In this document: positions 36,013 through 46,007 of the stretch, piece by piece
How positions within the stretch are numbered: position 1 is the first letter of the stretch
How the letters are laid out: every line of letters begins with the position of its first letter
Origin: an uncultured Muribaculaceae bacterium
Lineage (GTDB): Bacteria; Bacillota_I; Bacilli_A; RF39; UBA660
Direction of reading: 5' to 3'
NCBI GenBank assembly: GCA_964561095.1
Contig: CAZLNV010000001.1
Span: forward strand, 1 to 51,702
DNA length: 51,702 nt
Notes under the pieces: generated by a model
Database searches by the model: none
Told to the model about the DNA's origin: nothing
The model's input: only the letters and a program-made list of their open reading frames with translations
Position numbers and translations under genes: made by a program

Positions 36013-36480
36013 ATGAAAAAATTAAAAAATAATAAAGTTCTTTTGGCTCTTGCATTAATATTAATAGTTTGTTTTGGTTTAATAATTTTTGCGCTTTTTA
36101 AATATTTTTACAGAGGAGATAACACAAATAATTATGGAGATAGGTTAGAAAACATTAAATCTCATCCTATTCACGAAAATTTAGAAAGTGAAATTAAGTC
36201 AATATATACTAACAATGAAATAGATAAAGTTGAAATTAAAAATAAAGGAAGAATTATATATGTTATTCTTAACTTATCTGAAATAAAAAAATTAAGTGAC
36301 GCTAAGAGTTTGGCAATTAAATCTTTAGAGAAGTTTACTGAAGACGAAAAAGGGTATTATGATATCCAGTTTGTCATAACATGTGATAAAGAAGAAGCAT
36401 CTTCAACATCAACAAATTTATATCCAACGATGGGATATAAAAATGCTGTTTCTTCCGTTGTCGTTTGGATAGAAGGTTAA
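36013..36480 (+). CDS. Hypothetical N-terminally anchored protein
   Basis: GGAGG RBS, signal-anchor helix, 155 aa. Translationally coupled to the next gene by a 3-nt gap. Confidence 0.55.
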   Translation: MKKLKNNKVLLALALILIVCFGLIIFALFKYFYRGDNTNNYGDRLENIKSHPIHENLESEIKSIYTNNEIDKVEIKNKGRIIYVILNLSEIKKLSDAKSLAIKSLEKFTEDEKGYYDIQFVITCDKEEASSTSTNLYPTMGYKNAVSSVVVWIEG

Positions 36481-36483
36481 TTT

Positions 36484-38511
36484 ATGAGAAAAAATAAAAA
36501 GAGAAAAATATTATATATAATACTTTCGTTAGTAGTAACCTTAGCGTTAATAACTACTGGTGTATTTTTCTTATTAAAAAATAATAGAAGTTATACATTC
36601 GCAGAGAAAAAATGGATAAGTGATAATACAAATAACTTAATAGATATTTATGTGCAAAGTGATTTGCCAGTATTTTCAAATTCCGGAGTTGGAGTTTTTT
36701 ATGACTATATTTCCGCTTTAGAGAAAGATACAAATATTTCATTTAATATCATATATGAAAATAATGCTAAGTATTCTATGACATTAAAAGGGGATGAAAA
36801 CAATTCAATAACTTTTTATAAAGACCACTATGTAGTAATAAGCCAAGAAAATAGAAATATTGCTTCTTTAGATACGTTAAGAGGTGCAAATGTTGGCATA
36901 CTTAATTCGGATTTATCAATTGTAAAACAATATTTAAGTGATTATTCAATTAATTACAAAGGGTTTGAAACATTTGACACTTTGAAAACTGGTTTTGCTT
37001 CACAAAGTATTGATGTTGCAATAGTTCCTTTATATTTAGCAATTAGTGATATTATAAAGGAAAATTATATTATCAATTATCATATAGATGGTGTTAATGC
37101 CTATTATAGTTTAAATTTATCTGATAATACTGAACTTAATGGTATTATGAGTAAATTTTATGATAGATGGAGTGAAAAATCTATCGAAAAGAAGAATGAG
37201 CATTTAGCGGATTTATATTATAGTGCTAAAAAATTTAGTGAATTAGAAAAAAGTGAAATTATAAATGATGACTATATTGTAGGATATTTAAATAATCTTC
37301 CTTTTGAAGGTATTGTTAATAGTACATTTACCGGTTTAACTAGTGCCTATTTAAATGAATTTTCTAACTTATCAGGGGCAACTTTTAAATATGTAAATTA
37401 TAAAAGTGTCGATGATTTAGTATTGGCGTTAAATAGCGGGAAAGTTGATATAGTTGCTAATTATTATAATATAGGGGCAACTAATTATACAAATTCTATA
37501 AGTTTTAATACAGGTGATTATGTAATTTTAACTCATGCAAATAATCCAATTACTTTGGAGACGCTTAGTACATTATCTGGTTCAACTGTTGAAATGGTTA
37601 GCAGGATGAATTTGACTAACACTATTAAATCTAAAGGAATATTTAATGTAGTTGAATATAAAAATGCTAAAGAATTATTTAAAAAAATAGATAAAGAATC
37701 TATTGTTATGGTAGATAAAGAATTTTATGATTACTATAAAAATGGACAATTTAAAAATTATGCTGTTAAATATAGTAATTCAACTGATATAAAAAATAAT
37801 TTCTTATTAAAAAATGATAACACTGCTTTTAACAAATTATTCAATTTTTACTTAACTTTAAATAGTGATGATGTAATGAAAAGTTTAAGTACACAAAAAT
37901 TATATAGTGATGCTAGAAACAACATTATTTTGAGTTTTGTGTTAAGAAATATAGTATATATAATATTAGGAATAAGTGCTTTAGCTTTTATAATTCATAA
38001 ACTAAATCATAGAATTAGATTAAGTAAGAAGATAAAAAAAGAAGATAAACTTTTATATATTGATGTAATGACCAATTTAAAAAATAGAAATTATTTGAAT
38101 GATAATATTGAATATTGGTCAGAAAATAAAGTTTATCCTCAAACTATTTTGGTTGTTGATTTAAATAAAATAAAAGAAATTAATGATAAATTTGGGCATG
38201 AAGAAGGAGACAAGCAAATTAGAATGGCTGCGAATTCTCTTATAAAGACTCAAAGAGAGAACTCTGAAATAATGAGAACTAATGGAAGTGAATTTATGAT
38301 TTATTTAGTTGGATATGAAGAAAAGATGATCTTATCTTATATTCATAAATTAACTAGGGAACTAAATAGTTCACTACCTTATAAAGAATTTGGTGTTGCT
38401 TTGGGCTATGCTATGATAGAAAGTGAGCTTAGCACTATAGATGATGCCATTAATGATGCAACTAAGAGAATGAGAGAAAATAAGGGAGTAAAGAGTGAAA
38501 AGCAAGCTTAA
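36484..38511 (+). CDS. Membrane receptor with two extracytoplasmic SBP_bac_3-like domains and a cytoplasmic degenerate GGDEF domain
   Basis: N-terminal TM, then two periplasmic-binding-protein-like repeats (second one ...LNSGKVDIVANYY...), a TM, and a GGDEF fold (TNLKNRNYL, VVDLNKIKEINDKFGHEEGD, GVALGY). The active-site motif reads RTNGSEF instead of RxGG(D/E)EF. Confidence 0.78.
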   Translation: MRKNKKRKILYIILSLVVTLALITTGVFFLLKNNRSYTFAEKKWISDNTNNLIDIYVQSDLPVFSNSGVGVFYDYISALEKDTNISFNIIYENNAKYSMTLKGDENNSITFYKDHYVVISQENRNIASLDTLRGANVGILNSDLSIVKQYLSDYSINYKGFETFDTLKTGFASQSIDVAIVPLYLAISDIIKENYIINYHIDGVNAYYSLNLSDNTELNGIMSKFYDRWSEKSIEKKNEHLADLYYSAKKFSELEKSEIINDDYIVGYLNNLPFEGIVNSTFTGLTSAYLNEFSNLSGATFKYVNYKSVDDLVLALNSGKVDIVANYYNIGATNYTNSISFNTGDYVILTHANNPITLETLSTLSGSTVEMVSRMNLTNTIKSKGIFNVVEYKNAKELFKKIDKESIVMVDKEFYDYYKNGQFKNYAVKYSNSTDIKNNFLLKNDNTAFNKLFNFYLTLNSDDVMKSLSTQKLYSDARNNIILSFVLRNIVYIILGISALAFIIHKLNHRIRLSKKIKKEDKLLYIDVMTNLKNRNYLNDNIEYWSENKVYPQTILVVDLNKIKEINDKFGHEEGDKQIRMAANSLIKTQRENSEIMRTNGSEFMIYLVGYEEKMILSYIHKLTRELNSSLPYKEFGVALGYAMIESELSTIDDAINDATKRMRENKGVKSEKQA

Positions 38512-39376
38512 TAAATTCTGGAAAGAATTTTTAGAAATAATTACAAAGAAAGAAATGAGCATTTTACCTGGTCATTTAGCTTACTATTTCATTATTTCTA
38601 CTATTCCGGCATTTACTTTGGTTTTTTATATTGCTTCATCCTTTAATTTACCTATTGATACAATATCAAACTTTATATCATCCGTATTTTCTGATAGTGT
38701 AACTAGTATGTTGATGAATACCGTAAGTAAAACATCACTTAATTTAAAAAATATATTTTTCTTATTGTTAGCTTTTTATGTAACTAGTAATGGAGCTAGA
38801 TCAATTATAACTGCGTCTAATACGGTTTTTAATATTAAAGAACCTACTTTAATTAGAAAAAGAATTAAATCATTTATATTAACAATATTTATTATACTTT
38901 TAATTACATTTATCTTAGTTGTACCTTTATTTGGTAACACTATATTGAAATTTTTCGCTACTATTGGAATAGACAATCAGATAACAAATATATTGAATGT
39001 TATATATCCTGTTTTAAAGTGGCCTTTAACGTTATTTGTTATATTTTTGTTTATTAAGCTTATATATACTATGGCACCTGATGAAAAAATACCTAGTTCA
39101 TATGTTAATAAAGGAGCAATATTTACTACAATCGCGTGGTCTATAGTAACAGGAATATATTCAATATATATAAACAATGTAGCAAATTATACATTACTTT
39201 ATGGTGCTCTTTCAAATATAGTTATTCTTATGCTATGGTTTTGGTTAATATCATATATTTTTGTAATTGGACTAGCTCTAAACTATAAAAATATAGAAGA
39301 AGAAAATGAAAAAACAAATACAATTAAGTTAAAAGAAATACAGGATAGAATAAGAGAGACTAAGAAAGATAAATAA
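38495..39376 (+). CDS. YihY/BrkB-family membrane protein
   Basis: About 6 TM helices. The N-terminus, ...LPGHLAYYFIISTIPAF, and the overall pattern are typical of the YihY family. GTG start behind a GGGAG RBS, overlapping the preceding stop. Confidence 0.7.
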   Translation: MKSKLNKFWKEFLEIITKKEMSILPGHLAYYFIISTIPAFTLVFYIASSFNLPIDTISNFISSVFSDSVTSMLMNTVSKTSLNLKNIFFLLLAFYVTSNGARSIITASNTVFNIKEPTLIRKRIKSFILTIFIILLITFILVVPLFGNTILKFFATIGIDNQITNILNVIYPVLKWPLTLFVIFLFIKLIYTMAPDEKIPSSYVNKGAIFTTIAWSIVTGIYSIYINNVANYTLLYGALSNIVILMLWFWLISYIFVIGLALNYKNIEEENEKTNTIKLKEIQDRIRETKKDK

Positions 39377-39428
39377 TTGAAATAATAGACTTATTTTGAT
39401 ATAATTATTTATGATAAGAAGGGTTGAA

Positions 39429-41474
39429 ATGAAAGACAAAATAAAAAAAATATATAAGTCTTTTAATTTGAAATCTAAAAAATATTTTTCTACAAATATT
39501 TTGTTTTCATCATATGTTATATTAACTATTTTAATTAGTTTAACTCTAAGAATAATGACCAATGGGTTTAGTATATCTATTAAACCTATTTTATGTGATT
39601 TATTAATTGCTCTTTTGTTCGGTGCTTTTGGATATTGGTTTAAACCTAAGAATCAATTTAAATATTTTTTCACTTTATTATTAATATCAACTTTTTTAGC
39701 TATTGCCAATAGTATTTATTATACTTTTTATAAATCATTTTTATCTCTTAGTTTAATAGAATCTGCTAGTATGCTTAGTGATGTTAAATCTTCTATATTT
39801 GATAAATTGAAAATAATAGACTTATTGTTTTTAATATTTCCAGGTATTTTTGTTATAATTCATAGCAAATTAAGTAAAAGAAAATATTATTATGAAATAG
39901 AAAAAACCGAGGTATCTTCAAGAATGTTCAAAGGTACTTTACTAGGTTCATTAGTAGTTCTTCTTTTTGTTGGTATAACTTTAACTAATAGTGATTTAAG
40001 TAGGTTTTCTAGACAATGGAATAGGGAATATGTGTTTCAAAGATTTGGACTTTATACATATACTATAAATGACTTTATTCAATCTCTTCAACCTAAAATA
40101 AATACTATGTTTGGTTATGATACAGCTGCACGTGAATTTAGGGAATTTTATAAAGAACAAAATAGTAGCAAAAAAGCAACTGTGAATGAATATACAAATG
40201 TTTTTGAAGGTAAAAATTTATTAGTAATACATGCAGAAAGTATTCAAAATTTTTTAATAGGTCTAGAAATAAATGGAGAAGAAATAACACCTAATTTGAA
40301 TAAGCTTAGTAATAATAGTTTATACTTTACCAAATTTTATCCTCAAATAACTGCTGGTACAAGTTCTGATACTGAATTTACTTTTGAAACAGGTTTACTC
40401 CCTTCTACAAGCGGTATCACTTTTGTAAGCTATTTTGATAGAGAATATGAGACATTATCTAAAAAATTAAAGCAAAAAGGTTATTATAATTTTGTAATGC
40501 ACGCTAATAACGGAGATTATTGGAATAGAAACATCATGTATGCTAATCTTGGATACGATAAATACTATTCAAAAGATTCCTATATTGTAACTGATGATAC
40601 TTCTATAGGGCTGGGGCTTTCTGATAAAGAATTCTTTAGACAATCAACAAATATATTGGAAAGTATAAAATATTATAATGAACCTTTTTATGGAAAAATA
40701 ATAACTCTTACTAATCATTCCCCGTTTGATCAAATTGATAAATATGGTGCTTTAGATTTAACGCTTGATTATACATATTTAGATGAAGCATTTGAGGAAA
40801 AAACAGCTACTCGTAATTATTTAGAAGGCACTGAGATGGGTAACTATTTAAAATCTGCACATTATGCTGATGCAGCTTTGGGTGATTTTTTAGAAGCGTT
40901 AAATGACAAAGGAATTTTAAAAAATACTATTATTGTATTATATGGTGATCATGAAGCTAAAATATCTAAAAGTCAATTTGATTATATGTATAATTATGAC
41001 CCTGCAACTGATCAAATTAAAAATGATACTGACGAAGGTTATATTAGCTTTGAAAATTATAAATATGAATTAATGAAAAATACCCCACTTATTATTTGGG
41101 ACCCAAATAGTGAAAATTATGTTGACAAAATCGATGATGTAATGGGTGTGTATGACTTAATGCCTACTTTAGCTAATATGTTTAATTTTAAGTATGAATA
41201 TGCCATGGGTAATGATATATTTAGCGATAATGAAAAAATAGTGGTATTTCCTAATGGAAATTTCTTAACAAATAAAGTATACTATAATAGTTTAAAGGGT
41301 GATTATGTAATTTTAACAGATACGCCTTTAGAAGAGGGATATATTGAAAGATTAAAAAAATATTCTGATATTAGATTAAGCGTATCAAACAATTTAATAA
41401 TTCATGATCTAATCAAAAATGAAAAATATAATTTGGAGGAGGAAATTAAAAATGAAAAGCAAAAGACTAAATAA
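39429..41474 (+). CDS. ltaS: LtaS-family lipoteichoic acid synthase / phosphoglycerol transferase (sulfatase superfamily)
   Basis: Five N-terminal TM helices and an extracellular sulfatase domain (LLVIHAESIQNF, GTSSDTEFTFETGLLPS, LYGDHEA). Confidence 0.85.
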   Translation: MKDKIKKIYKSFNLKSKKYFSTNILFSSYVILTILISLTLRIMTNGFSISIKPILCDLLIALLFGAFGYWFKPKNQFKYFFTLLLISTFLAIANSIYYTFYKSFLSLSLIESASMLSDVKSSIFDKLKIIDLLFLIFPGIFVIIHSKLSKRKYYYEIEKTEVSSRMFKGTLLGSLVVLLFVGITLTNSDLSRFSRQWNREYVFQRFGLYTYTINDFIQSLQPKINTMFGYDTAAREFREFYKEQNSSKKATVNEYTNVFEGKNLLVIHAESIQNFLIGLEINGEEITPNLNKLSNNSLYFTKFYPQITAGTSSDTEFTFETGLLPSTSGITFVSYFDREYETLSKKLKQKGYYNFVMHANNGDYWNRNIMYANLGYDKYYSKDSYIVTDDTSIGLGLSDKEFFRQSTNILESIKYYNEPFYGKIITLTNHSPFDQIDKYGALDLTLDYTYLDEAFEEKTATRNYLEGTEMGNYLKSAHYADAALGDFLEALNDKGILKNTIIVLYGDHEAKISKSQFDYMYNYDPATDQIKNDTDEGYISFENYKYELMKNTPLIIWDPNSENYVDKIDDVMGVYDLMPTLANMFNFKYEYAMGNDIFSDNEKIVVFPNGNFLTNKVYYNSLKGDYVILTDTPLEEGYIERLKKYSDIRLSVSNNLIIHDLIKNEKYNLEEEIKNEKQKTK

Positions 41475-42081
41475 GGATAAATTAATTACATTTATGTTCA
41501 TATTAATTGGGATAGTTATATTTTCAGTAATTGGGTATAAAGTGTATATGGACTTTTTTAATAAAGATAATATAGATAAATCAAAACCTTTAGAAAAGCT
41601 TGATTTATATGGTTATACTTTAGAAAAAAGCGATACTGACGCTTATAAAAAAGTATTTAATCAATTAGAAAAAACTTTAAATGAAGATGAAGTTGATATG
41701 GAAAAATATGCAGAACTATTAGGAGATTTATTTATAATTGATTTTTACACATTAACAAATAAAGTTTCCAGTACAGATGTTGGTTCTTTAGAATTTATAT
41801 TACCTAGCATGGAAAGTAATTTTAAATTAAAAGCATCTGACACAATATATAAATATATAGAGACTAATTTTGATGGTAAAAGAGTTCAAAGTTTATCGGA
41901 AGTTAACGAAATTACTATGGAAACTATTGAAGAAATAGTTTACACTATTGGAAAAGAAGAATATAGTGGATACAAAATAAAATATAATTGGACATATATT
42001 GAAGATTTGGGATATGAAAAAAGTGCAACTATCAAAATAGTTAAAGATGGTAGCAAATTATATGTAGTGGAGAGCGATTAA
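41452..42081 (+). CDS. Hypothetical N-terminally anchored protein
   Basis: GGAGGAGG RBS, signal-anchor helix. It overlaps the ltaS 3' end by 23 nt. Confidence 0.55.
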   Translation: MKSKRLNKDKLITFMFILIGIVIFSVIGYKVYMDFFNKDNIDKSKPLEKLDLYGYTLEKSDTDAYKKVFNQLEKTLNEDEVDMEKYAELLGDLFIIDFYTLTNKVSSTDVGSLEFILPSMESNFKLKASDTIYKYIETNFDGKRVQSLSEVNEITMETIEEIVYTIGKEEYSGYKIKYNWTYIEDLGYEKSATIKIVKDGSKLYVVESD

Positions 42082-42082
42082 G

Positions 42083-42982
42083 ATGAAAAAATTATTATCA
42101 ATAATCGGAGGTATAATTAGTTTTGTAATATGCATTGCTCTTTTATGTATGCAAATGAGTTTTTTAACATTTTTAAGTTTTAAGACTTTGCTAACCGAAA
42201 AGACAATGTATAAAATGTTTGAGCAAGTAAACATAGTTTCACTAATTAATGAAAGCGCAGACCCAAAAACTAAAGAAGAAATATACAAAGTATCTGGTTC
42301 TTTAGGGTTAACGATAGATGAGACTAATAAAATATTAGAAACCGATTCATTTAAATCATTCGCAGCAAAGTATATTTCTAATAATATTAAGGCTATAAAT
42401 AGTAATTCTAAAATAGTCATGAGTGCCGAGGATATAAAAACTTTAATTAGCGATGTAGAAAAAGAAGCTGATATTACAATAGGCAATAAAAATAAATTAT
42501 TGGAAATGATTAATGAAAATTCTACTGAAATTGAAAAAGCATTAAATATTTCTAGTAATATTAAAACACAAATGAATGACGAAACTTTAACAATTGTTAA
42601 AGGATTATTCAATAACACTATGTATATTGGATTTACGATTGTATTTGTATTATTATTTTTATTACTAGCATTATTTAGGTGGTCAATGTATAAACCATTT
42701 ATATGGTATGGTATTACATCTATTATTACCGGATTATTATTTCTTTTACCAAGTATTTCGTTAAAAACAGTATTACCATATATGGTAAATCTGGATTTAA
42801 AAAAATATGAAGCATATGATAATGTCATAAAAGTTATTCAATCAAAAGCAACTTTATTTTCTATTTTGACTATAATAGCGGGAATATTTATGATTATAGT
42901 TTACGCATTAATAAAGAAGAATGTAAAAAAAGAAAAGCAAGATTTTAAAGTGCTAAACAGTGACAATGCTGCTTCAGTATAG
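42083..42982 (+). CDS. Hypothetical membrane protein with an N-terminal TM, a soluble loop and 3-4 C-terminal TM helices
   Basis: GGAGAG RBS, 1-nt gap to the upstream gene, coding-like composition. The 256-aa antisense ORF was rejected. Confidence 0.6.
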   Translation: MKKLLSIIGGIISFVICIALLCMQMSFLTFLSFKTLLTEKTMYKMFEQVNIVSLINESADPKTKEEIYKVSGSLGLTIDETNKILETDSFKSFAAKYISNNIKAINSNSKIVMSAEDIKTLISDVEKEADITIGNKNKLLEMINENSTEIEKALNISSNIKTQMNDETLTIVKGLFNNTMYIGFTIVFVLLFLLLALFRWSMYKPFIWYGITSIITGLLFLLPSISLKTVLPYMVNLDLKKYEAYDNVIKVIQSKATLFSILTIIAGIFMIIVYALIKKNVKKEKQDFKVLNSDNAASV

Positions 42983-43011
42983 ATAATTAGTAAACAAGAA
43001 ATATATAAGCT

Positions 43012-43040
43012 AAAAAAATACAATTAATTTGTATTTTTTT
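43012..43040 (+). terminator. Rho-independent terminator of the ltaS cluster
   Basis: aaaaaatacaa-ttaa-tttgtatttttt. Confidence 0.6.
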
Positions 43041-43068
43041 ACTTACTTTATGTTAAAATAAATATGTT

Positions 43069-45165
43069 ATGAAAAAAAAATGCAGTTTAAATTTAAATAA
43101 AGAACAGTTGGAAGCAGTAAGCCATAAAAGTGGTCCCTGCTTGGTTTTGGCAGGCGCTGGTAGCGGTAAAACAAGGGTTTTAACTGAAAGAATCGTTAAC
43201 TTAATTGATGAAGGGATGAGGCCTCAAGAAATATTAGCCATTACATTTACCAATAAGGCAGCTAGAGAGATGAGAGAAAGAGTAAGAATTAGATTAGGTG
43301 AAGTAGCTAATAGTATATTTATAGGTACTTTTCACTCTCTTGGGCTAAAGATAATTAGAGAAAACTATGAAGTTTTAGGATATAAAAAAAATATAACTAT
43401 TTTAGATAGAGATGATGTTAATACACTAATTAAAAAGCTTATTAAAGAACTGGGTTTAGAAAATGAGTCATATGATTATAGATATGTTATAGATAAGATA
43501 AGTTCCGCTAAGAATGATGAGGTAAGTCCAGAGGAATTTAGCAAATTGTTTTTATCTACATATGATTATGGTATTGATTCTATTTATAAAAAGTATGAAA
43601 CATTATTAAAAAATAACAATAGTGTAGATTTTGATGATTTACTTGTTTTGCCATTAAGGATATTTAATAAAAATAAAGATGTGTTAGATCATTATCAAGA
43701 ACACTTTAAATATATCTTAGTAGATGAATATCAGGATACTAATAAAATTCAATATAAATTATGCAAATTATTAGCAAGTAAATATAAAAACATATTTGTT
43801 GTAGGTGATATTGATCAGTCAATTTTTTCTTGGCGAAAAGCTGATTATGAAAATATTCTTTTATTTGAAGAAGATTACCTAGATACTAAGACAATATTTT
43901 TAGAAGAAAATTATAGAAGTACTAATAATATTTTAAAAGTAGCTAATAGCGTTATTAAAAATAATACTATGAGAAAAGAAAAAAATTTATGGAGTACTAA
44001 AAGTGATGGAGAGAAAGTTACTTACTATAGATGCGATAATGAGTTTGAAGAGGCAAAAAAAGTATGCACCAAGATAAAAGAATTATTAGATAAAGATTAT
44101 AATTATAGTGATTTTGCTGTTCTTTACAGGACTAATGCACAAAGCAGAAAAATAGAAGAAGAACTTTTAAAGGAAAATATTCCATATAAAGTATTCGGAA
44201 GTTACTTTTTTTACGGCAGGCGAGAAATAAAAGATTTAATTTGTTATTTAAATTTAATATATAATTCAGATGATACAATTAGTTTGGAAAGAGTAATAAA
44301 TGTTCCAAAAAGAGGAATTGGTTCAAAAACGATTGAGAAATTAAAAGAGAAAGCTTTTTTAGAAAATAAACCTATTTTGGAGGTAATTAATTCTGGAAAA
44401 GAATTGGATTTTAAAAATATAGTTTTAGGTTTAATTCAAGATTCCAAAAGCGTGTCACTAACTGATTTGGTAGAAGATATATTAGTAAAAACTGGTATGA
44501 GAAAGTCTTTAGAAGACAGCAAAACTTTAGAGGATGAAATAAGACTTGAAAATCTAGAAGAGTTTAAGAGTATTACTGCCGCTTCAGAAGAAAAAGGAAT
44601 ATATAATTTGGAAGAATTTTTAGAGAATATCGCATTAGTGTCTGATATAGGTCAATATAACACTAATGATGATGCGGTTACTTTGATGACACTCCATTCT
44701 TCTAAAGGATTAGAATTTAGGGTAGTTTTTATAGTTGGAATGGAAGAAGGAATTTTTCCTCATATGAGAAGTTTAGGTGATATAAAAGAACTTGAAGAAG
44801 AAAGAAGACTTTGCTATGTTGGAATAACTAGAGCGGAGGAAAAACTATATTTATTAAATGCAAAAAGAAGGATGCTGTTTGGTAAAACTACAGAGAATTT
44901 AGAAAGTAGATTTATTGGTGAAATAGAAAGTGAACTTCTTGAAGTATCAAGTGAAATTTCAAATGGTATAATAACTAAAAAATTATTTAATATGTATAAA
45001 GAAAACCATAATGAAGGTTTAACAATCGGGGATAAGGTATATCATGATATTTATAAAGAAGGAGTGGTCATTAATATAAACAAGGATTTAGCAACTATAG
45101 CTTTTTCTAAGAATGTTGGTATTAAAATCTTAAAATCCAATCATATCAGTTTAAAAAAGATATAA
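43069..45165 (+). CDS. pcrA: ATP-dependent DNA helicase PcrA (UvrD/Rep family)
   Basis: LNKEQLEAV, AGAGSGKT and VDEYQDTN motifs, further helicase motifs through YVGITRAEE, and a C-terminal Tudor-like tail. A TGtTAAAAT extended -10 element lies at 43051-43059. Confidence 0.93.
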   Translation: MKKKCSLNLNKEQLEAVSHKSGPCLVLAGAGSGKTRVLTERIVNLIDEGMRPQEILAITFTNKAAREMRERVRIRLGEVANSIFIGTFHSLGLKIIRENYEVLGYKKNITILDRDDVNTLIKKLIKELGLENESYDYRYVIDKISSAKNDEVSPEEFSKLFLSTYDYGIDSIYKKYETLLKNNNSVDFDDLLVLPLRIFNKNKDVLDHYQEHFKYILVDEYQDTNKIQYKLCKLLASKYKNIFVVGDIDQSIFSWRKADYENILLFEEDYLDTKTIFLEENYRSTNNILKVANSVIKNNTMRKEKNLWSTKSDGEKVTYYRCDNEFEEAKKVCTKIKELLDKDYNYSDFAVLYRTNAQSRKIEEELLKENIPYKVFGSYFFYGRREIKDLICYLNLIYNSDDTISLERVINVPKRGIGSKTIEKLKEKAFLENKPILEVINSGKELDFKNIVLGLIQDSKSVSLTDLVEDILVKTGMRKSLEDSKTLEDEIRLENLEEFKSITAASEEKGIYNLEEFLENIALVSDIGQYNTNDDAVTLMTLHSSKGLEFRVVFIVGMEEGIFPHMRSLGDIKELEEERRLCYVGITRAEEKLYLLNAKRRMLFGKTTENLESRFIGEIESELLEVSSEISNGIITKKLFNMYKENHNEGLTIGDKVYHDIYKEGVVININKDLATIAFSKNVGIKILKSNHISLKKI

Positions 45166-45184
45166 ATATCACATTTATATCTTT
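45159..45184 (+). terminator. Weak A/T-rich hairpin overlapping the pcrA stop
   Basis: gatataaa / tttatatc, an 8-bp stem followed by a T-rich run. Confidence 0.35.
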
Positions 45185-45233
45185 ATTTATTGTAAAACTT
45201 TAAAATTCTTATAGTTTTTGGTAAAATATATAT

Positions 45234-46007
45234 ATGGAAGATATAGTAAAATTGATAACAAAATTTTTATCAAGATATAAAGCCGATGAAATAGAAGGCG
45301 TTTTATTGTATGGCAGTGCTGTGAGTGGCAGATTAAATAAAAAATCTGACATTGATATAATAGTGGCCGTAAATACTGACTCTTATACAGAAAAAGTTGG
45401 GTGTTCAAAGATTGATGGAGTAAAAATAGAATATTTTGTACATAATATTGATAATTTGTATGAACTAGCTTTGAAACAAATTGAATTAAATGATCCATCA
45501 AGATTAACTAAATATATTACATCCAAGATTATATATGATAAGAGTGGAAAATTTAAAACAGAGATTGATAAAATAAAAAAATTATATGATTTACCTATTA
45601 GAAAAAAGCATGATAATTATATAAAAAAGTCTATTTTTCACATTAAGAATAGAATTGATGATTTATATTCTTTAATAGAAGCTGATAGTTTCTATATTGT
45701 TTATTTTGATATTTTAAATAAAATACGAGAATTAGATACTTTAATCAATGGATACATAATAATACCATTATCAAAATCTGAAAAATTATTTAAAGATAGT
45801 AACTATATGTCCAAATATATAGATAGTGATGTTCATAAAACATCAGATGATGTTTTTATTAAAAAGTATTTAGAATGTTTGAAAATAAAAGATAGATTTA
45901 AAATGATTAAAGATTTAGAAGATTTATATGAATACGTTTTTAGAAATGAAAAATTTAATTCCGATGAATTTGAATTGGTTTTTGAGAAAGGTAGTATAGG
46001 TGTATGA
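45234..46007 (+). CDS. Pol-beta-superfamily nucleotidyltransferase-domain protein with a helical C-terminal domain (KNTase-like architecture)
   Basis: The motif LLYGSAVSGRLNKKSDIDIIV matches the GS-x9-11-(D/E)x(D/E) minimal NTase signature. The substrate is not inferable from the sequence. Confidence 0.6.
   Translation: MEDIVKLITKFLSRYKADEIEGVLLYGSAVSGRLNKKSDIDIIVAVNTDSYTEKVGCSKIDGVKIEYFVHNIDNLYELALKQIELNDPSRLTKYITSKIIYDKSGKFKTEIDKIKKLYDLPIRKKHDNYIKKSIFHIKNRIDDLYSLIEADSFYIVYFDILNKIRELDTLINGYIIIPLSKSEKLFKDSNYMSKYIDSDVHKTSDDVFIKKYLECLKIKDRFKMIKDLEDLYEYVFRNEKFNSDEFELVFEKGSIGV

Noticed and set aside
42058-42828. A 256-aa minus-strand ORF almost fully antisense to the 42083-42982 gene.
   Set aside because: The translation is I/L/N/S-rich low-complexity typical of the antisense frame of an AT-rich gene. 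It has no RBS. The plus-strand ORF has an RBS, operon context and sensible TM topology.
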